62,957 nt of DNA from an uncultured Nitrospinota bacterium. Its GTDB lineage: Bacteria; Tectomicrobia; Entotheonellia; J063; CAVPRW01. The stretch covers positions 1-62,957 of the forward strand of contig CAVPRW010000036.1 of NCBI GenBank assembly GCA_963707985.1. The letters run 5' to 3'. A program made the translations under genes and the position numbers. Shown piece by piece: positions 41,416 to 50,939 of the stretch. The notes beneath the pieces are model-generated. The model had not been told where the DNA came from, did not search any database, and saw nothing but the letters and a program-made list of their open reading frames with translations. Position 1 is the first letter of the stretch. Each line of letters begins with the position of its first letter.

Positions 41416-43011
41416 ATGTTTGAACCCCTGCTGCCAGTGAATTTTCTCCGGCGCGCCGCGCGACTTTTTCCCGACAAAGTCGCGGTCGTCGATGGCGAGC
41501 GGCGTGACACCTACCGTACACTTGCGGCGCGGGTCAATCGTTTGTCGAATGCTCTGCGGCGCATGGGTGTCGGATCGGGGGACAAGGTGGCGGTGTTGTC
41601 CCCGAACAGCCATCGGATGCTCGAGGCCTTTTTTGCGGTACCGCAACTGGGTGCCATTCTGACGCCGCTGAACTATCGTCTGACTACCCCAGAGTTCGCG
41701 TACATCCTGGAACATTCGGAGACCAGAGTAGTACTGGTGGATTGGGAATATGCCCGGCAACTGGCCCCTCTCGTCGACGCCGTGAAAGGGATTCGGCATT
41801 ACGTGGTGCTACGCGATGCTGAGCCACCGACGGCGGCGCTGCCAGCCCAGGATTACGAGGACGTGCTGGCGGCATGCAGCCCGGAGTTCCCAACGCCGGT
41901 GGAGATCGACGAGACCGACATCGCCACCTTGAATTATACCAGTGGCACCACGGCACGTCCCAAGGGTGTGATGCTGAGCCATCGGGCTTCCGTCACCGCC
42001 GCCCTCAACTTTATCGTGTCGCTGAACGTCCGGCCGACGGACGTCTATCTGCACACGCTCCCCATGTTCCACGCCAACGGCTGGGGAGGGATCTGGGCGC
42101 TGGCCGGGCTGGGCGGGACACAGGTGTGCTTGCGGCGGGTGGAGGCCCAGACCATTTTTACCTTGCTGCAAGAGGAGCGTGTCACGCTAGCCTGCGCCGC
42201 CCCGACCATCCTGGTGACGCTGGCCAACTTCCCGCGCGCGCGTGACTACCGCCTGGCCGCTCACCTACGCCTCGGCACCGGTGGTTCGCCCCCGGCTGCC
42301 GCAGTTTTACGCCACATGGAGGCGTTGGGGATCGAGGTCATTCATCTCTACGGTCTCACCGAGACCGGCCCGTTCCTGACCTCCTGCGAATGGCAGCCGG
42401 CCTGGGATGCACTCGATGTCGCCGAACGTTATCGTCTCAAGGCCCGGCAGGGGATCGCCCAGCTACTGACCGACGTGCGTGTCATGGATGAGGACATGCG
42501 TGAGGTGCCGGTGGACGGCAAAACCGTCGGCGAGGTCGTGGCCCGCGGCAACAATGTCATGGAGGGCTACTTCAAGCAGCCAGAGGAGACCGCCAAGGCC
42601 ATGCGTGGAGGTTGGTTTCACACTGGCGACCTGGCAGTGGTGCACGCCGATGGCTACATCGAGATCGTCGATCGCGCCAAGGATGTGATCAACAGCGGCG
42701 GGGAGAATATTTCATCGGTCGAGGTGGAAGCCATGCTCTACGAGCATCCGGCGGTGCTCGAGGTCGCCGTTATCGGCATCCCCGATGAGCAGTGGGGCGA
42801 GGTGCCCAAAGCTCTCGTCGTGCTCAAGCCCGGCCAGCGCCTGGAAGCGCACGAGTTGATCAGCTTCTGTCGCGAGCATATGGCGCATTTCAAGGCCCCG
42901 AAATCGGTCGAGTTTATCGAGGTGCTGCCCAAAACGGCGACCGGCAAGATCCAGAAGTTTGCCCTACGCGAGCCGTATTGGCAGGGGCAGGAGAAGCGCG
43001 TGCGCGGGTGA
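41416..43011 (+). CDS. Acyl-CoA synthetase (fatty-acid-CoA ligase)
   Basis: YTSGTTARPKG, LPMFHANGWG, YGLTE, WFHTGD, SGGENISS, LPKTATGKIQK. Confidence 0.93.
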   Translation: MFEPLLPVNFLRRAARLFPDKVAVVDGERRDTYRTLAARVNRLSNALRRMGVGSGDKVAVLSPNSHRMLEAFFAVPQLGAILTPLNYRLTTPEFAYILEHSETRVVLVDWEYARQLAPLVDAVKGIRHYVVLRDAEPPTAALPAQDYEDVLAACSPEFPTPVEIDETDIATLNYTSGTTARPKGVMLSHRASVTAALNFIVSLNVRPTDVYLHTLPMFHANGWGGIWALAGLGGTQVCLRRVEAQTIFTLLQEERVTLACAAPTILVTLANFPRARDYRLAAHLRLGTGGSPPAAAVLRHMEALGIEVIHLYGLTETGPFLTSCEWQPAWDALDVAERYRLKARQGIAQLLTDVRVMDEDMREVPVDGKTVGEVVARGNNVMEGYFKQPEETAKAMRGGWFHTGDLAVVHADGYIEIVDRAKDVINSGGENISSVEVEAMLYEHPAVLEVAVIGIPDEQWGEVPKALVVLKPGQRLEAHELISFCREHMAHFKAPKSVEFIEVLPKTATGKIQKFALREPYWQGQEKRVRG

Positions 43012-43023
43012 GCCAAACAGATT

Positions 43024-43058
43024 CCCTCTCCCTCCGAGAGAGGGCTAGGGTGAGGGGG
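43024..43058. repeat. REP-like hairpin, family B, copy 3 (inverted orientation)
   Basis: CCCTCTCCCTCCGAGAGAGGGCTAGGGTGAGGGGG. Confidence 0.65.
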
Positions 43059-43078
43059 AGCGAGAAAAAGGAGCAGGC

Positions 43079-44107
43079 ATGAGGGGCGTAATCTTCGTCG
43101 GAGATCGGCAACTTGACATCCAGGAGTTGCCTAAGCCAACGCCGGGCCCCGGTGAAGTGGTGTTGGCGATGAAAGCTTCCGGGTTATGCGGCAGTGACCT
43201 TAGGCCTTATCGCATGCCTCGGGCGCAACGCGGCGACGCAACGGCATTGGCAGTCGGTGGGCATGAGCCGTGCGGTATTGTCGCCGAGGTGGGACCGGGA
43301 GTGGCCACCGTACAGGTCGGCGACCGGGTCATGATGCATCATTACACGGGCTGCGGCACCTGTCGGATGTGTCGCATAGGCTACACCCAGATGTGCTTGC
43401 ACCATCACGAGGTCTACGGCTTCACGCAAGGGGGCGGCCATCAAGATTTTTTGAAAGTTCCAGCTTCTACCTGCGTGGCACTACCCGACGCCCTCAGCTT
43501 TGAAGAGGGCGCGGCCTGTGCCTGCGGCACGGGTACGGCGTTCCATGCCCTGAAGCGCCTCGGCATCTCAGGCATCGATACCATTGCCATCTTTGGACAG
43601 GGGCCTGTGGGCTTGAGCGCCACGCAATTTGCCGCCACCATGGGGGCCAGGGTCATCGCCGTAGATGTCATCCCAGAGCGCCTGGAGTTGGCCACGCAGC
43701 TTGGTGCCGATGTCAGCATCGACGCCAGTGCCGATCCGCCAGTGGAGGCCATCCGCGAGCTGACACACGGCGAAGGCGCCGATGCGACTCTAGACGCCAC
43801 GGGCATCCCCGAGGTACGCCTCAACGCTGTGGACAGTGCCCGCTTGTGGGGCAAAGTGTGTTTCGTCGGCGAGGGCAATACCACCACCTTCGATGTCAGC
43901 CCGCAGATCATCCACAAGCAATTAACGATCTACGGCTCCTGGACCTTCAGCCTGAGTGGGCTGGCCGAGGTGGCGAATTTCGTGGTCGAGCGTCGCGTGC
44001 CGCTCAAGGACCTGATCACGCACCGTTTCACCCTCGACCAGGCCGTTGAGGCCTATCAACTCTTCGATCGCGGTCGAGCGGGCAAGGTCGTGTTGGTTTG
44101 GCCGTAG
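43079..44107 (+). CDS. Zinc-binding alcohol dehydrogenase (MDR family)
   Basis: GLCGSD, GHEPCG, CGTCRMCRIGYTQMC, GQGPVG. Confidence 0.93.
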   Translation: MRGVIFVGDRQLDIQELPKPTPGPGEVVLAMKASGLCGSDLRPYRMPRAQRGDATALAVGGHEPCGIVAEVGPGVATVQVGDRVMMHHYTGCGTCRMCRIGYTQMCLHHHEVYGFTQGGGHQDFLKVPASTCVALPDALSFEEGAACACGTGTAFHALKRLGISGIDTIAIFGQGPVGLSATQFAATMGARVIAVDVIPERLELATQLGADVSIDASADPPVEAIRELTHGEGADATLDATGIPEVRLNAVDSARLWGKVCFVGEGNTTTFDVSPQIIHKQLTIYGSWTFSLSGLAEVANFVVERRVPLKDLITHRFTLDQAVEAYQLFDRGRAGKVVLVWP

Positions 44108-44355
44108 ATGATGCATGCGTGCCCTCTGCCCATCAGGTTTTGCCCGTAGGTCCTGATACTTGACGTAAGCCCCATCTTATTGAAACGTGCAAACCCATGA
44201 TGATTGGACGTATGATGGCACTCAAGCCCTCTCGTCCCTTGTTTGCTTTGTTGGTGTCCAGCCGTAGCGGTTACTTGTCCTGCACATACGCGTGCGGGTG
44301 CAGATCCCTTGTGGTCATCTGGAGGAAGGGGGGAGCGCGCTGAATGCGGGTTCCT

Positions 44356-44510
44356 TTCGATAACACACTCCCCCTCGATTGGGACCAACGCGACAAGTGC
44401 CACGGCATTGTCAGGCTGTACCACGATTTCATCTAGCTGCGGCTCAACCGTGATGACGGAGAAGTTCGAGGTGGTGGTCGTGGGCGAGGGTGGAGCGGGG
44501 TATACAGCGC
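44356..44510 (+). pseudogene. Gene scraps: GH13/branching-enzyme-like fragment followed by a FAD-oxidoreductase-like N-terminus
   Basis: FDNTLPLDWDQRDKCHGIVRLYHDFI*LRLNRD, then MTEKFEVVVVGEGGAGYTA (Rossmann-like start). Confidence 0.4.
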
Positions 44511-44564
44511 CTGGCGCGACCTCTCAGCACACGTGAGGCACAATGTCCAAGACAGGAAGGTCGT

Positions 44565-47087
44565 ATGAACCCACACGCTCTGGCTTTTTGGAGCCTCTCC
44601 GCCACCGAAATGCTGCAACAACTTCACGCGACACAGGAAGGATTGACGGGCGCTGAAGCGAGACAGCGGCTCGCACGCTATGGCGCGAATCGCCTGAAGC
44701 CCCAAAAGCGGTCGGATGCGTTGACGCTCTTGCTGGCGCAATTCAAGAGTCCGATCATCCTCATCCTGCTCTCGGCAACCGGATTGTCATTTTTCTTACA
44801 TGCTCCTGTAGACGCTCTGATTATTCTGACCATCGTCCTCGTCAGTGGCCTGCTCGGGTTTTGGCAAGAGCGTAGCGCAACCAAGGCCGTGGAGAAGCTG
44901 CTTGCCATCGTGCAAATTACAGCTGCCGTGCGGCGTGATGGAGGTTCCAAAGACATTCCCGTCGAAGAGATTGTCCCCGGAGATATCGTCCTCCTCAACG
45001 CTGGAGATGTCGTCCCCGGAGACTGTCTGGTCCAGGAATCCACCGATCTGTTCGTCGATGAAGCTATGCTGACGGGTGAGACGTTCCCGGTAGAAAAAGC
45101 TGTTGCCGTGTTGTCGGCAGAGACACCGCTTGGGCAGCGGACCAATGTTCTATGGATGGGGACCCACGTGGTGAGCGGCAGTGCCACGGCACTTGTGGTC
45201 GGCACAGGGAAGGACACCGAGTTCGGCAAGGTGTCCGAGCGGCTCAGGCTCAGGCCGCAGGAAACGGACTTTGAACACGGTATTCGGCAATTCGGCTATT
45301 TCCTGATGGAAGTGACGCTGGTACTGGTGGTCGCCATCTTTGCCATCAACGTCTATTTGGCACGTCCGGTGCTGGATTCCTTTCTCTTTTCCTTGGCACT
45401 CGCGGTTGGGCTGACCCCGCAATTGTTGCCGGCGATCATCAGCATCAACCTTGCCCATGGTGCCAAACGGATGGCGCGAGCAAAGGTGATTGTCAAACGG
45501 CTGGCCTCGATTGAAAACTTCGGCAGCATGAATGTCATCTGCTCGGATAAAACCGGCACCCTGACCGAAGGGAGCGTGCACGTCCAATCCGCCCTTGATG
45601 TGGAAGGCACCCCAAGCGATCAAGTCCTTCTCTACGCGTACCTTAATGCTTTTTACGAGACCGGTTTTACGAACCCTATCGATGAAGCCATCCGCACCCA
45701 TCGCCAGTTTGACCTGTCCGGCTACCGGAAGGTGGACGAGATCCCCTATGATTTTCTTCGCAAGCGCTTGAGTATTCTGGTTGCCCATGATGAGACGCAT
45801 CTGATGGTGACCAAAGGCGCACTGGCGAATGTGCTCGCCGTCTGTACATCGGCGGACGCTGGAGGGGGAACCCTCGTCGATATCGCCGCGAGGCGGGACC
45901 GCATCCAGCAACATTTCGAGGCGTTCAGTCATCAGGGCTATCGCACGCTGGGCGTGGCATACAAAAATATGGGGGCTGAGTCACGCATCAGCAAAGACCA
46001 CGAAGCGGGCCTGACGTTCCTGGGATTCCTCGTGCTGTTTGATCCGCCCAAGCCCAATATCCTCGAAACCATCGTCCGCCTGAAAAACCTCGGCGTGTCA
46101 CTGAAGGTCATCACCGGAGACAACCACCTGGTCGCAGCCCACGTCAGTCAACAGATGGGATTATCGGGGACACAGATCATCACAGGTACAGCCCTCCGCG
46201 AGCTGAGCGATGACGCGCTGCTCAAACGTGTGGTTGACGTAGACGTCTTCGCCGAAATAGAGCCCAATCAAAAAGAGCACATCATCCTCGCCCTCAGGAA
46301 GGCTGGCCATGTGGTGGGATATATGGGAGACGGCATCAATGATGCGTCGGCCCTGCACGCCGCCGATGTGGGTATTTCCGTTGAGAGTGCCGTGGATGTG
46401 GCGAAAGAGGCGGCTGATATCGTCTTACTCGAAAAGGATCTGGATGTATTGGTGCAGGGTGTACGTGAAGGGCGGACGACCTTCGCGAATACGCTGAAAT
46501 ATGTGTTCATGGCGACCAGCGCCAATTTCGGCAACATGTTCAGCATGGCCGGAGTCTCCCTCTTCCTGCCATTTCTCCCACTGCTCCCCAAGCAGATTCT
46601 GCTCACCAATCTGCTGACTGATTTCCCGGAGATGGCGATCGCGACCGACACGGTGGATAGGGAAATGGTTGACTATCCTCGACGCTGGGACATCAAGGCC
46701 ATTCGCAAGTTCATGATGACATTCGGCCTGGTGAGTTCGGTCTTCGACTATCTGACCTTTGGGGCACTACTGTTCATCCTACATGCGACGCCGGAGCAAT
46801 TCAGAACCGGCTGGTTTCTGGAGTCCGTTGTCTCAGCATCGCTGATTGTGCTGGTGATTCGCAGTCGAAAACCGTTCTTCAAGAGTCGACCATCGCCGTA
46901 TCTCTTGACGGCAACTCTGTTGGTGATGGTCGTGACGCTGATGTTACCCTTCACCCCACTTGGGGAGATTTTCGGATTTAGCCAGCTGCCTATGGCGTTT
47001 CCTCTGCTCATAGGGATCATTGTGATGGTTTATATTATGACAGCGGAGGTGGCGAAGACGGTTTTTTACAAAAGGGTGAAATTTTGA
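44565..47087 (+). CDS. mgtA: Magnesium-translocating P-type ATPase
   Basis: LTGE, AVGLTPQLLP, CSDKTGTLT, GDGINDA, SANFGNMFS, FRTGWFLES. Confidence 0.9.
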   Translation: MNPHALAFWSLSATEMLQQLHATQEGLTGAEARQRLARYGANRLKPQKRSDALTLLLAQFKSPIILILLSATGLSFFLHAPVDALIILTIVLVSGLLGFWQERSATKAVEKLLAIVQITAAVRRDGGSKDIPVEEIVPGDIVLLNAGDVVPGDCLVQESTDLFVDEAMLTGETFPVEKAVAVLSAETPLGQRTNVLWMGTHVVSGSATALVVGTGKDTEFGKVSERLRLRPQETDFEHGIRQFGYFLMEVTLVLVVAIFAINVYLARPVLDSFLFSLALAVGLTPQLLPAIISINLAHGAKRMARAKVIVKRLASIENFGSMNVICSDKTGTLTEGSVHVQSALDVEGTPSDQVLLYAYLNAFYETGFTNPIDEAIRTHRQFDLSGYRKVDEIPYDFLRKRLSILVAHDETHLMVTKGALANVLAVCTSADAGGGTLVDIAARRDRIQQHFEAFSHQGYRTLGVAYKNMGAESRISKDHEAGLTFLGFLVLFDPPKPNILETIVRLKNLGVSLKVITGDNHLVAAHVSQQMGLSGTQIITGTALRELSDDALLKRVVDVDVFAEIEPNQKEHIILALRKAGHVVGYMGDGINDASALHAADVGISVESAVDVAKEAADIVLLEKDLDVLVQGVREGRTTFANTLKYVFMATSANFGNMFSMAGVSLFLPFLPLLPKQILLTNLLTDFPEMAIATDTVDREMVDYPRRWDIKAIRKFMMTFGLVSSVFDYLTFGALLFILHATPEQFRTGWFLESVVSASLIVLVIRSRKPFFKSRPSPYLLTATLLVMVVTLMLPFTPLGEIFGFSQLPMAFPLLIGIIVMVYIMTAEVAKTVFYKRVKF

Positions 47088-47270
47088 AGGGGTGCCTCAC
47101 ACTGGCTTTGCGGCTCACGGCGATCGACCCAAGGCTTCGCACAGCTCCGAACACGTGTCGTCACGCCGTGGCTATCCGAACGACGTCGGTCAACTGCGCG
47201 TGAGGTGCACTCAGCCGTCAGGAAATCCAGGAGTGGCCACGCCAGGCCACCACCGCGATCGGAGACACGC

Positions 47271-47966
47271 ATGCCCCAGACACCCCACATCGAACGCCAC
47301 TTCACAGGCACCGAAACCATCCGTGACATCGTTATTGGCATGTCAGATGGCCTGACAGTCCCGTTTGCGCTTGCGGCGGGCTTGTCTGGCGCAGTGGACA
47401 CCACGGGGATCATTGTGACGGCGGGATTGGCCGAAATCGCTGCCGGGTCCATTGCGATGGGACTGGGGGGCTATCTTGCCGCGAAGAGCGATGCCGAACA
47501 CTACCAAGCCGAACGTAAGCGAGAGGCAACAGAGGTCGAGGAGAAACCGGCGGCCGAGGTGGCGGAAGTCGCGGAGGTGTTCAGGTCCTACGGCGTGACT
47601 GAGGACGAGAGCCGGCCGATTGTTGACGCCTTGCGCAAGCGGCCGGGTGCCTGGGTTGATTTCATGATGCGATTTGAGTTGGGGCTGGAGCAGCCTGATC
47701 CGAAACGAGCGCTGCTCAGTGCGTTGACGATCGCCGGGGCGTACATCGTTGGCGGGTTCATTCCTCTTGGGCCGTACATCGTCTTGCCGAAGGCGTCAAC
47801 GGCCCTCGTGGCGTCAGGTGCGATCACGCTGCTTGCCCTTGCCATGTTTGGATATGTGAAAGGGCATTTCACGGGAGCGCCGCCGTGGCGTAGTGCCATT
47901 CAGACCGTGCTCATCGGTGGGGTGGCAGCTGGAGTGGCCTTCGTGATCGCCCGAGCGATCTCGTGA
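47271..47966 (+). CDS. VIT1/CCC1 family Fe/Mn transporter
   Basis: RDIVIGMSDGLTVPFALAAG, AGSIAMGLGGYL, WVDFMMRFELGL. Confidence 0.93.
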   Translation: MPQTPHIERHFTGTETIRDIVIGMSDGLTVPFALAAGLSGAVDTTGIIVTAGLAEIAAGSIAMGLGGYLAAKSDAEHYQAERKREATEVEEKPAAEVAEVAEVFRSYGVTEDESRPIVDALRKRPGAWVDFMMRFELGLEQPDPKRALLSALTIAGAYIVGGFIPLGPYIVLPKASTALVASGAITLLALAMFGYVKGHFTGAPPWRSAIQTVLIGGVAAGVAFVIARAIS

Positions 47967-48127
47967 TTGCAGTACCCCAGTGTGCGCCGGGCTGCGGGCG
48001 CTGGCTACACTGAGGGACGGACCGTCATGCTGGAGTACCGCTACGCCGAGGCGTGTCGTGACGCGTCTGCTGGGCCGACACCCCGGGCCCCCTCTGGACG
48101 TGCCTGCCGGGGGTGCCAAAGCCCCCT

Positions 48128-48520
48128 TTATTGAGCGTATTGGAAGGACGGCATGGCCTGCAGGGCGTCTTTGGTCGCGTCCGGCAGCACGATTCTCCCC
48201 TCGGTGTGCTTGAAACGGCTGACGGGGATCGCCACCTGGCGTTCGCCGAGGCCGAGGAACCCCCCGACACCAATGATGGCATACGAGACGGAGCTGTCGG
48301 GCGCGATGATGAGGTCATCTACGTCCCCGACCTTTTCGTTTTTGTCATTGTAGACGGACTTCCCGAGAATCTGTTTCGTCGCGCTCCAGCCACGGGCGAT
48401 GGTCTTGAGCTCCTCAACAGACATGCCTGGCGTGGTCGAGCCCGCGATCTGCGCGGAGAGGTTTCCAACCGCGACGACCCACATCATCCCCATCAGTACG
48501 GCGGTCACTGTGTGTCGCAT
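48128..48520 (-). CDS. Secreted PRC-barrel domain protein
   Basis: ILGKSVYN...EKVGDVDDLII...YAIIGVGGFLGLGE..VAIP. Confidence 0.88.
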   Translation of the reverse strand: MRHTVTAVLMGMMWVVAVGNLSAQIAGSTTPGMSVEELKTIARGWSATKQILGKSVYNDKNEKVGDVDDLIIAPDSSVSYAIIGVGGFLGLGERQVAIPVSRFKHTEGRIVLPDATKDALQAMPSFQYAQ

Positions 48521-48649
48521 ATTGACGCTCCTTGACTGCAGAAGGTCCAATGGGGGAGGAGACGAGGGCGCGCCATAGAACAGACGATGCGTCGCGCAGC
48601 CTCCCCGGTTACTAACCCACTATTGTACACCGAAAAGATAGGCCTTCTC

Positions 48650-49175
48650 AGAAAAGTGAAGGCGTCTGGCCACGGTGCACCACGAACTCAAGCACAAGGG
48701 TGTGACCTTGTTTCTGCTGTGGCAGGACTCTAAGGCCGCCACGCCAGAAGGCTTGCCGTACCGTTGGTTTGGTCACACCTACCGAGCCTGGGCGAGCCAG
48801 CTGGATCTCGTCATGCAGCAGACTCACCGCGCGGGCGAGAAGGTCTTTGTGGATGACGCCGCTCAGGGCCTCCCAGGAGTCAACCGCTCCAGCGGACCTC
48901 GCGCAGCACGATGGCGTCGCCGTCATCCCGGCACGGGCGGCCAAGCCACGGGATCAGGCCAAGGTCGACGTGGGCGTGCCAGTCGTGGAACGCTGGATGC
49001 TGGCCCGACTGCGCCACCACACCTGCTTCTCGCTGGCCGAGGTCAATGCGGCCCTCTTGCCCCTCCTGTCGACACTGAATGCCAGCCCCTTCAAGAAACT
49101 GCCGGGCTCACGCCAGGAGCTGTTGGACACACGCGACCGCCCGGCGCTCTGGCCCCTGCCTGCGCCGCCCTATGC
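48650..49175 (+). mobile_element. istA: IS21 family transposase remnant
   Basis: VHHELKHKGVTL.LLW...MQQTHRAGEKVFVD; PAR..KPRD.AKV..GV..VERW.LARLR; internally deleted. Confidence 0.85.
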
Positions 49176-49528
49176 GTCGTGCTCGCCTACACGGCCGTCC
49201 AAACCTCGAGGGCTTCGTGATTACTCCACGGATCGTCGGCCAGACGGTGAGGGTGTCGGAGATCTGGGTGCTGGTGGCGCTGTTCGTCGGCGCCGAGATC
49301 TTCGGCTTCTTGGGGGTGCTCTTGGCCGTGCCGGCGGCCGCCGTTGTCAACATCTTCGTGACCCATGGGGTGCAGTACTACCGCACGACGGCGCTGTTCC
49401 TACCTGTCCCTCCAGCCTCCGGGGCGGACCGGAACCTGGCCAACGACGAGGGGCTCGCGGACGCGAGGCCTGCCGAGCATGACCGGGCATGGCCCACGCC
49501 ACCTCGGCGCGACCAGAGAGAGTCGTAA
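49176..49528 (+). pseudogene. AI-2E family transporter C-terminal remnant
   Basis: LEGFVITPRIVG...VLVALFVGAEIFGFLGVLLAVPAAAV; 5' part replaced by the IS21 remnant. Confidence 0.75.
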
Positions 49529-49975
49529 GGCCTCTGCCGATATGTCCCAGGCCAGCACGGGAGCGAACCTGCGCCTATCCACCCCAAAGTGGTCATCACG
49601 CACCTGAGCCCGCACGTAAAGGGGAGCGGGCAACATGATGTAAGAATGGACGAGAAGCCGTCAGGAGGTATTTTTCAAAGAGAGGTTAGAACCCCTTCAT
49701 CACGCTGTGCTGGTGGAAGCTCTTCGACACCTCTGAAATTAGATCAGACGTCGAAGACTTTTCTCTTCAGACAGATAACCGCGAAGGCGAGACAAAATAA
49801 GACGTGATGGGGTAAAATGCCCCATTTCGCCGTGCCTCATACGAGCTGTGACCGCCCTGCTTCCGCCCGGTACCATGTGAGATAAGGCGCCTGCAGGCGT
49901 CACACGCCTCAGATGGCAAGGAGTTTGCCAAGTTAGGCACCCTTGGAGGGCGTCTCATAGGCGTTACTTTCCCTT

Positions 49976-50047
49976 TTTGCGCGCCTGTTCAAGCACGCCG
50001 TCGGCCTGACCCCCCACGCCTACCGAAACCATATCAGGCGGGTGTGA
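49976..50047 (+). pseudogene. AraC-family HTH C-terminal scrap
   Basis: FARLFKHAVGLTPHAYRNHIRRV-stop. Confidence 0.55.
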
Positions 50048-50387
50048 GTGGCGGCTTGCCGCTGACGGCTGAACGCGGCACGCGTGGGGTACGTCTTGCC
50101 CTTCATCGGGACGATTGGCGCAAGATTTCAACATGCATGGTTGGTATTTCACAGACGGCGCGCAATGCCTTGTGGTACCATTCGTGAGGCACGGGAAGAA
50201 CAGTGCTGACCTGTACATTTGTGCAAGATAATCGGGATCATGTGTGGTGAGGGCGTTGCCACGTGAAGGCCTTCCGAACCATTCGTCCTCTCTGAGGTGA
50301 CCACGTGACACAGCGGTGCTGACAGGGAAGACCACGAGGTGCAACGTCGACGACGCGGTCATGACGGCCGAACGGAGGTAACTCACG

Positions 50388-50537
50388 ATGGGTCTGCTGT
50401 TGTTGATCATCTTAATTGTGGTGCTGTTGGGAGGTCTGCCCAACTGGGGCTATCACTCGTATGGCTGGCGTCCCTCCGGCATCGCCGGGGTGGTGCTGAT
50501 TGTCGTCCTCATCCTACTCCTCACTGGCCGACTCTAA
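50388..50537 (+). CDS. DUF3309 family small membrane protein (49 aa; below the ORF track cutoff)
   Basis: GGAGG RBS; MGLLLLIILIVVLLGGLPNWGYHSYGWRPSGIAGVVLIVVLILLLTGRL. Confidence 0.85.
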   Translation: MGLLLLIILIVVLLGGLPNWGYHSYGWRPSGIAGVVLIVVLILLLTGRL

Positions 50538-50658
50538 GGGGGGCTGGTCGGGCCCCGGCCAGCGCGCCCTGGTGTTCGCTGCGTCGGGCCCTGGCGCGCC
50601 GCAGGCGCAACCACCGTCGACGGCTGGCGCGAAATTGAGACGACCCGGATAGCTGCGG

Positions 50659-50916
50659 TCAGGTGCGAGAGAGCCTAAACTGAGCCCGGGTGAACGGTCG
50701 CTCTTGGTAGAAGACCACCCGACCTAAATAGTCTTCCAGCGTGAGCGTTCCCTCCACGTAGGTGTCGAAGGTCAGGTGATGCCGATCCTCCATCTTGGCC
50801 AACTCCAGCTTGAAGGTCGTCGCCGCCCGTTTGCGGGCATGATGATCCCACCCGTTGGTGAGCAGGACACCGCCGATATCGAGAAACACGCAGGTGGTTG
50901 CCGTCGCTTTCTGCAT
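50659..50916 (-). pseudogene. HAD-family phosphatase, 3'-truncated
   Basis: VFLDIGGVLLTNGWDH..R.RAA..F; ends after about 85 aa without the later HAD motifs. Confidence 0.75.
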
Positions 50917-50939
50917 CGTTTTTTCTTCCGTCCATCGGA

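Noticed and set aside
40291..41799. 502-aa minus-strand ORF
   Set aside because: Antisense shadow of the LLM and acyl-CoA synthetase genes; no motifs.
36641..44107. Secondary-metabolite (NRPS-like) cluster
   Set aside because: Standalone acyl-CoA ligases with no carrier protein, condensation or ketosynthase domains; looks catabolic.
44110..44560. Mg2+ riboswitch or mgtL-type leader before mgtA
   Set aside because: No recognisable M-box or Pro-rich leader; the region is better explained by gene scraps.
50280..50340. Cobalamin riboswitch suggested by GGGAAG
   Set aside because: Other conserved elements are not recognisable and the downstream gene is unrelated.
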